Shown: positions 1 through 10,908, counted from the first letter of the whole stretch. The stretch is 61,272 bases of DNA, filler included, from 11 parts of 11 records of this genome joined end to end with filler, not necessarily neighbours in it; one strand, 5' to 3'. Made by a program: numbers and translations. Notes: a model not told the origin generated them from the letters alone.

Positions 1-173
1 GGCGGGCTCGGCGCGTGGCCTTTGTAGGTGAGCAGCACCTGTGCCCCCCGATGAATTCCTCGAACGCGGCCGAGCAGGATCAGCGGGCCTACCCAAGAAT
101 CCTCCCAGTCCTCCTGCTCGGCCGGCTCTCCCGGCTCCTGCGGTAGCATCCGCTCCTCGAGATCGGACACCAT
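1..173 (-). CDS. 5' end of a gene of unknown function, cut by the window edge
   Basis: ATG at 173 gives MVSDLEERMLPQEPGEPAEQEDWEDSW, then a GT..AG intron, then VLLTYKGHAPSP running off the edge. Confidence 0.5.
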   Translation of the reverse strand, partial: MVSDLEERMLPQEPGEPAEQEDWEDSWVGPLILLGRVRGIHRGAQVLLTYKGHAPSP

Positions 174-279
174 GGCTTGAGTTGAATTCGGTGAATTCGA
201 ACATTGTGCCGTTGAACTGCTGCTTGATAAGCTACGACCTGATCAGCGTGCGACAGGAATGCGAGCTCTAATCAACTCG

Positions 280-336
280 ATTCCCAACGGTCTTGGGATG
301 GCGGAGCTCGATCTGCGCGCTGGTTGACGCCGTCTC
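280..336. repeat. Upstream element, copy 1 (similar to 2641-2694)
   Basis: ATTCCCAACGGTCTT..GGGATGGCG.AGCTC..TGGTTGA.GCCGTCTC is shared with 2641-2694. It lies about 110 bp upstream of the ATG at 173. Confidence 0.7.
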
Positions 337-395
337 ACGATAGTCTCACGACAGCAACAATTAAATCATGTATTATACAAACATGATTCAATGTA

Positions 396-2572
396 TTACA
401 AACATAAGCTAGCTCGCGCAATGATGTTCTCTTTCTCCCTCGGTCTATCCACGGGCTTATCGCCATGTTCATCATTTGCTCGTACATCGTGTACTGATGG
501 CTGATTACATCGCCATTGTTGATCACAAACTTCTTGCTCCACAAGGCGGTCGATGGGAAACGGTATTGGCAGCCCCAGCTTCATGTTCAATGCGCGCGTC
601 ATTCCTACGACAGATGGGTAATAGGGAGCAACGGCCGCTCTGTACGTCTGTCGCTTCTGCATCCTGTCCAACCAGGCTCGCAATCCTGGTCGGCATCGAA
701 GTGCTGCCCTCGCGTTCAGCTTGTCCGAGCGATACGTTTCCAGGTCAATCAACTGAAACCACTTATTCAACGCCCCCGCCACCGTCCCATCCGCAGCGCA
801 CAGGCTCTCACCCAAGAACTCGGCCTGAGCCAGCCGCCTCTCAAAAACATCCAAAAGTTCCACCATCTTACTCTCTGCATCGCGCTTGGCTTGCACTGCC
901 TCTTTGCCCCCTGCGTTGGCCGAATCTGCCGCGATTGAGAAGGCGACAAGCAATTGACTGCAGCCGTACATATTGTCTGGGTGATCAAGCACGTGCTGTG
1001 GCAGCACTGGGCGCACTGCGGCTTGTTGTTGAAACTCCGGATACAACGTACCCAAGCGCTCCAACACGTTTGCCGAGCCCATCACCCACTCTTTGTTGCC
1101 AATGCTATGACAGATGCACAAGACGGGTACTGTAGCCGATTCCCCCAGCTGATCTTTGATTAGCCTTGTGTATTGATCGGCCTGATCAAATACATCGACT
1201 AGCCGGACTTCGACAGGCAGCGCCGCCTCGAGCACCAGCATCTCCACACCCGACGAGTAAGAGCACCCGCGCCAGAGGATCCCTCGAAACATGTCTCCGC
1301 CACAGTAGAGCACAGTCCGCTGACCCTCCGAGCTACTAATCAGTTCCATCGCGACCGATTGGGTAGGGTCTAGCCCCTTCCTTGGGCTAGACTTGCACGT
1401 TGGGTTGGAGAATCGGTCTACACGAAGCCCCGATCCTTCCTCGTGACCGGCCGCCTGCAAAACGCTCGACACCATCGGATGCTCCAGGTACGTGGGCCTT
1501 ACGTCCAATTGATTCCTGATCTGTTGATCAATCAGCCCAGAGACGCTTGGCATGCTCGCGCCCCGACGCCTCAGCGGAATCACATTGCTGAGCTTGTCGA
1601 AGTTACACTTCAACTTGTCGCCCCCGGGAACCAGCTCGAACGTGTCATCGAATAAACAATTGAAAAGAAAGTCCTCCGATTCATACCTCTTGACAGAGTG
1701 CCTGCGCCCCACGCGTCACAAAGCCAACAATCTAGCAGCTTACATATCGTCAAAGTAGACACTGTCATGTCCCTTTACACTGACAAAAACTGCAAGCTCC
1801 CCCGGGTGGATGTGCTGAAGGGAATCCTCGGACAGACTGTCGAGCACCGTGCCGGCGATGGGCACAGCCATCGTGTATACACAGCTCATGGCTACTATAG
1901 GCTGCGCATCCAGACAGGTTGATTCCATAAAGTCTTCGCCTTCTGCTGTCTGCCGCCGCTTAACCACAGATATCCTGCAGGCAGGACAGATAAATCAGCC
2001 CCGGCCAGACGGGCACCGGAACTCAGGATGGTACAGGAGGTTGCAGCGCAGATTCCCCACCCGTATCATCATCATTCTCACCCCATCGCGGCTAGTGAAC
2101 AGGACATTGCGGCTGGGCTGGGCTCAGTTCGGGTAGATGGCGGGCTGCACCTGAAGACCAGGTCCGTCCGGGGCTGCTGAAGCTTGTGGATCACGAGTGA
2201 GAAAGAAAGCACGTTCAAGAGCAGCCCAACGAATTGCTGCAAGTTGGCCATCATGTACCCGCAGGTCTCGGTAGTGTGCATCGGGCCCCAGCTCATAGTG
2301 ATCACGTTGGTCATAGTGAAGACCATAGTCCGCCCGAATCCGTCTCCTTCGCCCTGCATCACGATCGTCTCGTTGCCGCAGGTTGCCTCAAACAGCCCGG
2401 CGCAGGCCAGGCAGCCCATCGCGTAGCAGAGCAGCACCAGCAGCCCGAACTTGCACCAGCCCATCTTGAGAAGCGTGAAGTAAACGTTCTTGCCCCGCAG
2501 CACCGAGCACAAGTCCGGCCCCGCGCCCGTCCCCGCGTGGCTCTCCCGTGAGTTCGGCTCGCTCGCGGCCAT
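396..2572 (-). CDS. Inward-rectifier (Kir-like) channel fused to a C-terminal GST-fold (DHAR/CLIC/omega-like) domain, about 684 aa
   Basis: Removing GT-AG introns 2113-2150, 1975-2016 and 1702-1743 gives one frame. It has M1-pore-M2 (VYFTLLKMGW..VITMSWG..QQFVGLLL), the Kir cytoplasmic domain (FSRNVLFTSRDG..IRVGNLR..TAEGEDF..VSVKGHD..NFDKL), GST-N (CSYS..VRLVD..TVPVL..WVMGS) and GST-C (LDVFERRL..FLGESLCAAD..PGLRAWLDRM). Confidence 0.85.
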
Positions 2573-2640
2573 CTTCACCCCCGCCTCACTGACCCTTTGC
2601 TCACCGCCCGGCCGCCGCCGCCAGTCCGTCGCAGGTGCCC

Positions 2641-2694
2641 ATTCCCAACGGTCTTACGTTGGGGATGGCGAAGCTCAGTGGTTGAGGCCGTCTC
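2641..2694. repeat. Upstream element, copy 2, in the divergent promoter
   Basis: Similar to 280-336. Overlaps a 12-bp stem CCATTCCCAACG/CGTTGGGGATGG and contains CCCAACGGTC. Confidence 0.7.
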
Positions 2695-2716
2695 TCTCAT
2701 CTGGCAAAGAAGTTGG

Positions 2717-4572
2717 ATGGACGCGCGCTGGCGGCTCGCGGTGATGTGCCTCGCGGTGCTCGAATCGAACGCCCTCTTATCGACCCGCTGCGCACCGGGC
2801 TGCGCCCGCGACTCTCCGGGCTCACCCTGCGATGGCTTTTGCTGCGACCCGACTGCGCCCCACTGCCCCTACCCAGAGGACTTCAATCCACAGACCCAGA
2901 CGTATCCCATGTGCGAGCCGTCGGCGACCAGGTGCCCAGGCTCGGGCAAGCCGTGCCTCCGAAGCTGGTCCTACTCGGATCGCGAGAGCGTGATGTGCTC
3001 CGGTGCTGCCCGCCCCACAAACAACAGCTGCGCCCACGGGTCACACATCTGGTGCCGGAGCGACGCAGCCTGCTTGCAGTGCGTAGAGTGCGACGGAAGC
3101 TGCCCCGACGGCCGCTGCATCACCGGAGCCTGCCAGAGCTCGCCCAGCAGCAGCAGGCCCCGTCGCTCCCGGCCGCACGACCCAATTGCCAGCCCCGAGC
3201 CGCCGCGGCTAGCGCAGCTCGACGGGTTCATTCGGGATGAGATGGCCCGGGGCAAGATCCCTGGGCTCTCGGCGGCGGTGCTGCACCGTGACAAGCTGCT
3301 CTGGAGTGGCGAGTACGGCAGTGCAATGCCCAACGCCTCTGATCCATCGGATTACCCTGTGCTCGGTACAACCAAGTTTGAGCTGGCGAGCCTCTCTAAG
3401 ACGGTGGTGGCAATGGCGGTGGCCGTGCTGCACGACAGAGGCTTGATCGACATCCAGCAGGGGGTGAACGCGTACCTTCCCTTCAATGTGACCAACCCAC
3501 ACTTTGTGGGCGAGCAGATCACATTGCACGGACTGCTGACGCATACCTCCAGTATCTCAGACAGAGGCTACAACAGCCTGGACGGGAGGCTCCTATACTC
3601 CGAGGGCGACCCTAACATGGGCCTGGGACCGTTCCTCAAAGCGCTACTCGCGCGGCGCGGCAAATGGTACACCGCAGAGAGCTTCAGCCAGAAGCATCGG
3701 CCTCAGACCCACTTCGACTACTCCAATGTAGGCGCCTCGCTGGCCGCTTACGTAGCAGAGATTGTGGCGCAGAGGGCAGGCCTAGCAGCCTCGTTCAACC
3801 AGTTTGTGCGGGGGTACGTGTTCGCGCCGCTGGGCGTCACTGCCGCATCGTATCTGACTAGCGACTTCGGCGGTGAACACAAGCTGGCACCACCTGCAGG
3901 TGCCTTTCCATCCGAGTTCATTCAAACGAAGTTCCAGAGTTATTGCTTCTATAACTTCCCGGATTACCCGGACGGTGAGCCAACTTGCCCAGTTTATACC
4001 GTTGTGCCACCGACACATGGGGTTCAGGTGCGTTCAAGGTCTCTGCGCTGGACTATGCCAAGATGCTTGGAGCGTTTATGAACGATGGCGTCTTCAACGG
4101 GCGCAGGCTCATCAATGCGAGCACTGCAGCATACATGCGCCAGGTTGCTACTGGACTGTGTGAGCCGCAGCCTTGTGGTGGCGACCTGCCCCAAGCCCAG
4201 ATCTTCTTCTACTACAAACAGCTTGGTAATCGGCGGCTGCTTGGCCACAATGGGGGTGAGATGGGGATTGCAACTGAGGCCTTCTTCAATGTCCAGTCCA
4301 GGATCGGGTTTGTCGTCCTCACTAATGGTGATTGGGGTCCGGGTATCACCAACCCATTTACACGCAGTTTTCTGGCTATTGAGCAAAAGTTGCTGGACAT
4401 CTTTGACCGCGACGATTCGAGTGCACACCTTGGCGGTGGTGACTTGATGAGCACGGCGCCTATGATAGACCATCTACGTGCACGTAGCGCTACTACTGTT
4501 AGCACACGTAATGGTACCACTAGTAGGCACCGGCGATGCCCTTGCGGTCTACCTTGCAATCGCAAATCGTAG
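2717..4572 (+). CDS. Secreted beta-lactamase/PBP-family serine hydrolase with a Cys-rich N-terminal region
   Basis: Signal-like N-terminus, SxxK (ASLSK), LLTHTSSI, YSN and HNG motifs. A single GT-AG intron at 3975-4027 joins PDG to AFKVSALDY. Confidence 0.85.
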
Positions 4573-4635
4573 AGCGCTTCAAATGGTTCTCATTGATCAT
4601 CAATCTTTAATATATCTTAATCTTATCTTAATCTA

Positions 4636-7152
4636 CTAGCTATAGGGCCGATCTGTCGCCTGAAAGTACTTGAATACTGAGACAGGAGTCGCCACGTTTG
4701 GGGCCATACCAAACGCTTGCGCTGTGATTGTGGTTGTGTTTCCATGCAGGGGAATCACGGCAACGAATCGCGGCGATGAATCCAGCGGTGGTGACCCATC
4801 GAGAGTGTACCGAATAGTGGCTGAGACTCCAGGTGGCAAAGTCAGCCATGCTTGAGCCGCTGGACCAACGATGATACCACCCGATGGGGTACTTTTACAA
4901 GTACCCTGGCAGCCGCCACGCACGACGCCGTCAAAGTTGGAGTCTGCGTGTGCTGACCGATATAGGAGCGGATAGGCGCTGCTCTCGTAGAAAGGCGGCA
5001 GCTGGTTTCCGAAGAGATCTGGGCACTCTTGATACGCAACAGAGTTGCTGCAATTGTTCATGCCTCCCGTGCACGAACAGATAGGCCGGGTCGGCGGGAG
5101 CGCTGTCCGCTTGAGTGCTGAGGCGAGCTGCACAAGCAGGCGCCGTGAATGGTGGAAATCGTCTAATCGGTCATGTGCAAAATACCCCCGCCAGCGCCCC
5201 ATGCCCTCTGCGAGCAAGAGGGCATCAAGCGCGCTTTCCATGGCAGCTACCGCGCCCTCCACTTGACTCGCTGTCGCTGCTGCAGAGGGCGCCAGGACCG
5301 ACGCCGCTAGCCGCCGTAAAGCGAGCGAGCCGTTGCCAAGGAGGTACTGCTGCGCTAGCAAGTGCCCTAGAAACATGGGTCGAGATCGCTGCGGCAACGT
5401 TGCTAAGACCGCCTCGCTCTTTCTCGCCAGTGAGACCCATCGCGCAACATTTACACCTGCCGTCGCGTTTATCGCCTTTGCCTTTGCCTGCAGCGAGGAA
5501 AAGTTGAAGTCGCCGGCGTGCATGAGCATCGCGTCGGCCAAGTTCTGGATGTCGATAATCAAGGCGTAGTCCGACTGTGACTGCGGAGCGCTAGAGCCAG
5601 CCTGTGCGTAGTCCTCGTGCACCGCGGCGACAGCTTGAGCGCTGGGTTTGCCATAGTGTCTCTCGCTCCATCGCCTTATGAAAGCTGAAGCGTTCGTCCC
5701 AGTTGCGCCCGGAGAGAAGGCAAAGCTCATGGCAGCGGCGAGAGACAGGAGATACGGCTTCAAATCCGAGGCGTTCAGGATAAAGATCGAGGCACGGCCA
5801 TCCGAGCTGCGCTTGGCCTTTGCGAAAACAGAGCTGAGCTCCGACAAAATCGTGGTCACCGGCACCCATTCGCTGAGCTGGTTTGCTCGCGAGCAGACGT
5901 GGTAATAGATGCCATCGCCAGGTCGGATGTCAGCCAGGCCGATTACCTTGCCACTCCCGTTGTCGGCGAACACAACAACCGTAGAGTCGGGGAGTTTGAG
6001 AGACCCTGACTTCCAAAGCGGCAACATCTCGCTCCACATGTAGGCGATCGATTGGACACCATCGCCACCAGCACCGACGAGCCGCTTGTTGCCGCGCAGG
6101 AGTTCAAGCTGCCTGCGCATGGCTGCTCCGATCACCTCTCCTCGCAGAGTCACATTTGCGACCCGGGGATCCGCCGGACTGTCGAGCCACCAGCTGTAAT
6201 CGTTCAAGCCTCGGAGCCCAAGGGTCCAGAGCACCGCAGCGCTGGCATTGGATGCCTTTGGCAGCGCGTCGAGAATGCCATCGATCGATGTCGCCCAGCC
6301 ATGCTCCATCACCTGTGGGGAGTTGAGAAACGAGAACGGCGCACCGCCCGAGCTCCGCCCGATGTCCCCGCCCGTAGCGGCTGGCGCGTTGGGCCACCGC
6401 ATGACATTCAGGCCGACCGGCGTCACATGGTGCTGAAGGAGCCGCAGGCCTCGCTTGGCGGCCAGCGTCGTGCCGCCTCGCTGGTCGGGAAAATTGGCCG
6501 TGCCGCTAATGACGCCGTTTGCCTTGAGCCGCAGCAGGCATTCGTACACAGCGTTGTACGTGTCGCCGCTGATGCCATCCCCCAGCGGATCCTGGCCAAA
6601 GCCGGCAGTCAGATCTTCATCGTTGATGAACACGGCGCGAACCACCCAACCGTCCGGTACGAAGCGGATCGCGAGGCCCTCGTCGGGGAGCGAAATGCCT
6701 CGGCTCCGTGCCGGCGGAAGGTCCGCAAAATGGTGGAGCGGGACAACCCCCAAGATGTGCTCGCTGAAGGCGTAGAGCCCGTAGACCGCACCCAGCGACG
6801 AGTCCGCAGCGCCCGTCGCCACCAGCGCCGAGCCCGTCCAAATCACACAGTGCGACTCCGGACGACTGAGACATCCATCCGTCCGCGGCAGCAGCTCGCG
6901 ACCAGCAGTGCCAAACACTACGGCAGGGCGCTGCGGCGTAGCGTAGCGGGTCGGCGCACTGTCGACGACGACGGGCGGACTGCCGAAGACGCTGTAAAAG
7001 TCACGCTTGAGGTCAGCGAAGGCCAAGCTGAACGCCGCGTCCTCCCAGTCCTCCGGGTCCACCACCAGCACCGTGTCGCGAGTCAGCGTCGCGGCGGCGG
7101 CGGCGGCCGTGGTTGGGAGTAAGGCAAGGCAGATGAGAGCCCAGCATTTCAT
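4636..7152 (-). CDS. Secreted GH115-like glycoside hydrolase with a C-terminal CHB_HEX_C/Fn3-associated domain
   Basis: Intronless 838-aa ORF with a signal peptide, VRAVFINDED, ECLLRLKAN, WTLGLRG, GIYYHV and a C-terminal IRYTLDGS. Confidence 0.8.
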   Translation of the reverse strand: MKCWALICLALLPTTAAAAAATLTRDTVLVVDPEDWEDAAFSLAFADLKRDFYSVFGSPPVVVDSAPTRYATPQRPAVVFGTAGRELLPRTDGCLSRPESHCVIWTGSALVATGAADSSLGAVYGLYAFSEHILGVVPLHHFADLPPARSRGISLPDEGLAIRFVPDGWVVRAVFINDEDLTAGFGQDPLGDGISGDTYNAVYECLLRLKANGVISGTANFPDQRGGTTLAAKRGLRLLQHHVTPVGLNVMRWPNAPAATGGDIGRSSGGAPFSFLNSPQVMEHGWATSIDGILDALPKASNASAAVLWTLGLRGLNDYSWWLDSPADPRVANVTLRGEVIGAAMRRQLELLRGNKRLVGAGGDGVQSIAYMWSEMLPLWKSGSLKLPDSTVVVFADNGSGKVIGLADIRPGDGIYYHVCSRANQLSEWVPVTTILSELSSVFAKAKRSSDGRASIFILNASDLKPYLLSLAAAMSFAFSPGATGTNASAFIRRWSERHYGKPSAQAVAAVHEDYAQAGSSAPQSQSDYALIIDIQNLADAMLMHAGDFNFSSLQAKAKAINATAGVNVARWVSLARKSEAVLATLPQRSRPMFLGHLLAQQYLLGNGSLALRRLAASVLAPSAAATASQVEGAVAAMESALDALLLAEGMGRWRGYFAHDRLDDFHHSRRLLVQLASALKRTALPPTRPICSCTGGMNNCSNSVAYQECPDLFGNQLPPFYESSAYPLLYRSAHADSNFDGVVRGGCQGTCKSTPSGGIIVGPAAQAWLTLPPGVSATIRYTLDGSPPLDSSPRFVAVIPLHGNTTTITAQAFGMAPNVATPVSVFKYFQATDRPYS

Positions 7153-7242
7153 CCCAGACCCGGTCGGGTCGAGCTGCCGCGGCCGTTATTTCAGTTTGCC
7201 CAGCCGGCAGACACTGGCAGCACACTCCGCCCTGAAGGAGAC

Positions 7243-7791
7243 ATGAAGGAGCGCTCGAGCGCCCAGCCAGCCGATCCTTGCCGAGCGCAGCGATGCTCGA
7301 GCTGCGGCGGGAGCTATCCTCGCGAGTGCTTCGCCCAGGGTCGACTCACCTGCAACAAGTGCGCTCACCCCAACTCGACCCGCAAAAAGAAGCGTGCCGA
7401 GGCCAAAGCGAGGACTGCAGCTGAACGCGAGAAGGACCGCAAAGGCAAATCTTGGTGTGCTGCAAAGAGGGGCTGGTGCGACGAGCGTGGCTTCGAGGAG
7501 GGGGCGCGCTCTTGCCGTCACTGCCGGCTGCGGGGAAGAGCTCGCGCAGAAGAGAGCCGCACGAACAATCCGAAGACCAGCCGCACGCGGAGCGTAGGGG
7601 ACGGCATCAAGAGGGCCGCGGAGTTGGAGCCCAACGATCTGGAGTTTGCGGCGGCCAAAAAGTCCAAAAGTGCAGCACAACACCCAACAGATCTGTATTC
7701 ATGGGAGATCGATCTTGCCGACCTGCCTGGCGCAGCCGAACTGCTGGTATTCATGAGGCGCAACCCCATCGGAATGATAATATCGGAATAG
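7243..7791 (+). CDS. Hypothetical basic protein with CxxC pairs (possible zinc binding)
   Basis: 182-aa ATG ORF with CSSC, CNKC and CRHC. It is near the contig end and may be incomplete. Confidence 0.5.
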   Translation: MKERSSAQPADPCRAQRCSSCGGSYPRECFAQGRLTCNKCAHPNSTRKKKRAEAKARTAAEREKDRKGKSWCAAKRGWCDERGFEEGARSCRHCRLRGRARAEESRTNNPKTSRTRSVGDGIKRAAELEPNDLEFAAAKKSKSAAQHPTDLYSWEIDLADLPGAAELLVFMRRNPIGMIISE

Positions 7792-7832
7792 GGTAACGCG
7801 GAGTCGGGCAGGACTGGGGATTGAGCACCCCA

Positions 7833-7932
7833 NNNNNNNNNNNNNNNNNNNNNNNNNNNNNNNNNNNNNNNNNNNNTTAATTAATTAANNNNNNNNNNNN
7901 NNNNNNNNNNNNNNNNNNNNNNNNNNNNNNNN
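7833..7932. other. Artificial contig linker
   Basis: 44 N + TTAATTAATTAA (stops in all six frames) + 44 N. Confidence 0.98.
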
Positions 7933-8011
7933 ATTATTGTACCGTACCGAGCACTCGTACCAATACATGTACGATCTTGAAAGTCAGCAGTTGCTAAGCT
8001 TGAAATGTCAA

Positions 8012-8917
8012 TCAGCCGCATTTCCAGCCCTGGCCAGGCTCGTTAGCTTTGTGGAAACAAAGCGCGTGATCGCCGTCATTGCTGGAGCACCAGACACAAG
8101 TATCGCGAAAGGGCTTTGCAGCGAGACAGGCACTCCGATTGTACATGCGCTCACACTCCCAATTCAACGGGGGCGCTGGGGGCGGGGGCAGCGGGCCAGG
8201 ATACCAAAATTGGCCAACCTCTCTCCCACCTGAGCTAGGTGGCCACTGGATCTCTCCAGCGCAAGGACCGTTGCTCCGGATGATTCCCGGAAGGGCGACG
8301 CTCGAGCCGTTGAGCTGAAAGTTGGCCCGAGCCGGCCGCAGAGCACCGCCACACTTTGGGTTGGTGACCATCAGGACCGTGTCTTTGAAGGTTCCGTTGA
8401 GAGCCTGCACCGCGATGGCTGTGTCGTTGATAGAAGTGAGGCTGAAGACCAGTCGAGGAAGTAGGCTGTGCCAACTCTGCCGGTCCATCCAGCAAGGCGG
8501 GACCGGCGGGGGCAGCGATCCCCGCTCCCATTGGTAGTATACCAATTCGGTATCCGCCGGGTCCACCCAACGGAACTCAGCGCACTCTGAGGATGGACTG
8601 GCCGGGTCCGCCGGCAGTGCGATTCCAGTCAGGTTCTTCTGGAGGTTGGGGAAGTACGCCCAGAGCTGGCTCTCCCCGGCCCGGGCGGTGGCACGCGCCG
8701 TGAGCGTCGGAAAGCTGCCGTTCAAGCTGGCGATCCGGTACACTGTTGCGTTGCCGCTGGACTGGCTGAAGATGGAGTATGCCCCGCACGGCTGCCTGAC
8801 GGTTTGGTTGAACACGGACCCGCCGTCAAAGAAAACGCTGGGGGGTTGGACTCTGCAGGTCTGGAGCTGCCCCAAGGTTACGCATACGGCCGCGAGCAGC
8901 AGCAACTTGCTGACCAT
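8012..8917 (-). CDS. Secreted protein of unknown function with a Pro linker and small Cys-rich C-terminal module
   Basis: ATG 8917, MVSKLLLLAAVCVTLG signal peptide, intronless ORF, C-terminal CERM..CLA..CVWC..LCF..WKCG. Confidence 0.7.
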   Translation of the reverse strand: MVSKLLLLAAVCVTLGQLQTCRVQPPSVFFDGGSVFNQTVRQPCGAYSIFSQSSGNATVYRIASLNGSFPTLTARATARAGESQLWAYFPNLQKNLTGIALPADPASPSSECAEFRWVDPADTELVYYQWERGSLPPPVPPCWMDRQSWHSLLPRLVFSLTSINDTAIAVQALNGTFKDTVLMVTNPKCGGALRPARANFQLNGSSVALPGIIRSNGPCAGEIQWPPSSGGREVGQFWYPGPLPPPPAPPLNWECERMYNRSACLAAKPFRDTCVWCSSNDGDHALCFHKANEPGQGWKCG

Positions 8918-9405
8918 CTCGGAGGTCAAGTGAAGTCGTCCAACGGCAGCCTTGGATTCTTTGGAAGGAATGAAACGACTGGCTGGAATCCGTGGAATTG
9001 TACACAGAATCGCTATTTATAATGGTTATTATAATGGTACGTACGAGTACGAAACTCTACAGTGCTCAAGTACATGTAGAGCCAACGATAACGAAGTTTG
9101 TTTGGTCAACTGATTGATGGTTGATCGCTCTATACCGCCATAATCATGACAAACATTCTCCGACGTAGTACTCAACTCAACTCAAGCATTGTCATTTTTT
9201 ATACATGATTGTATGTACGTACGTACTCGTACAATGTTTCTTAAGGTAACTTACTCTTAGTTGTGCGTGAAAGCAAATGTCTAAACCTCTCATCATACGT
9301 GCCGTCGTGGTACCGTCGTGGCCACGGCACGTAATTATGTGAGTTATTCAGATTCGAAGAAGCAAATGACCAACCTGGTCGTTGTTAGTCGTCGTTGAAC
9401 TCTGT

Positions 9406-10908
9406 TCACTCGACTTGCATGATCTTACACTTGTCTTGTACTAACCGAAGCCCGCGCTGGAGCTCCTGCGCCTTCGCCAGCATTCCCTGAACCGCATCGG
9501 GGTGCTGGCCCTGCTGTGCGTTCCCACTTCTTTGATGAAGAGGGTGATTGACCTCGACCATGTCGGATATCTGCTCCTTGAGAGATTGAATTCGCCGCCT
9601 CGCATCCTGAGCTGCCTTCTTCCAGCTTCGCTCTTCTCCAAGTGGGTGTCCGTTCCTGGGCAGCAAATGCACAGTGAGACACAGGAAGAATGCGTACAGA
9701 TACCTCTGGGTCAGGATGTTCTTCTCGATAGCCTGCTCAAACTCGGACCTGTCAATCACCCCATCTCTGTTCTTATCCACCTACCACACAGTCATTTGCA
9801 CTAGGCTGCATCCGATGTTCACCGCATCAAATAGCGACCGCTCATCTTGTGGTTTTGTCTCCTTCTGATTTGCTTGCCGGTTGCTGACATGGAAGTCGGG
9901 CCGCGGGTTCCAGCCTGGGCCTGCTTGGTGTGGTGGATGACTCGAGTTGTCTGCAGAAGTCCGGAACAGTTCAGCAGTGCTGATGGGGTGCTTATCCAAC
10001 GGCGTCTGGAACAACTTCGCTGCGGCGACTGGGTCCATACCAAGTGTACGTGAAGGCAAGACTTTACCATGGTTCTCGATCATCAACGTGATGGCTGGTA
10101 TCAGTTCAATCATAGCTGCTGCTTGGCAGCCTCCCAGAGACATACAAACGCAGGTAGCCAGCTTGCGCGCAGGCATCCTGACGAGCAGGCGGTCAGTGAT
10201 TGCTCAAATAGAACGCTGACCGGTTAACTGCGGAGTTGATTGCCACTCGTGCAAGATGCTGGAGAATCATGACCAAGGTGGCTTTGGCAGCTGGACGCGC
10301 TCCAATCAGTCGCCCAAGCGCAGCTCTCAGCGCGCACCCGACGATAGATCAGACAATGCATCGCGGAGCAGCTCTATGGAGCCTTTAGCGTTTTTCATCA
10401 GACCTCGAGCTTGAGCATTGAGCAATCCTGCACCAGCGGTCAGTCCATCAAAACGGTGTTGGAACAACCGTCAGGGATCTCGTTCAGGAAACGGAGCACA
10501 AGTGAGGTCACATTCCCCATGGCCTCATTAGGGCCGATTGGGCTGGGTTCGCCGCGATCAAAAGCCCCCTTCAAGTTCATTATCGCAGCAGCATCTCCGG
10601 TCGCCCTCCAGACATTCACCTGGCCATTCCGATTACTTGAGCACAGAGCAGTGAAAGCACCGTATCGAGCGCATGCAAGTCAAGCCATCTGATTGATTCT
10701 TGAATCACAGATGGGACTAGACTAAACGCAGAATCCGATCTGCCTTCCAAGTCAACCCACAGGTTAGGCCAGTCGAGTACCGTCGCGCAGCCTCATCCAG
10801 ATGCACACCAAAGACCTGCTTATCGCCCTCGCTTTGCTGCGGGTCCATGTCGACTTGCTGCTCTGCAGGCGACTTTGTGGCTTGCTCTGTCTCTTCCTTG
10901 GAAGCCAT
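9406..10908 (-). CDS. RhoGAP-domain protein with a C-terminal EF-hand and coiled coil (multi-exon)
   Basis: Spliced product reads VFGVHL..VPSVIQESIRWL..VWRATG (Arg finger)..LKGAFD..VTSLVLRFLNEIP, and later DKNRDGVIDRSEF. Confidence 0.8.

Noticed and set aside
2600-2694. HDV-like ribozyme or tRNA (stem followed by CGAA; AGCTCAGTGG)
   Set aside because: I could not build P1/P3/P1.1 of an HDV fold, and there is no T-arm or acceptor stem. An Infernal search would settle it.
6052-7122. Long antisense or alternative-frame ORFs (also 14904-15959, 18429-19604, 27766-29289, 37434-38873, 47113-48312)
   Set aside because: These are shadows of real genes in GC-rich DNA, with no recognisable motifs.
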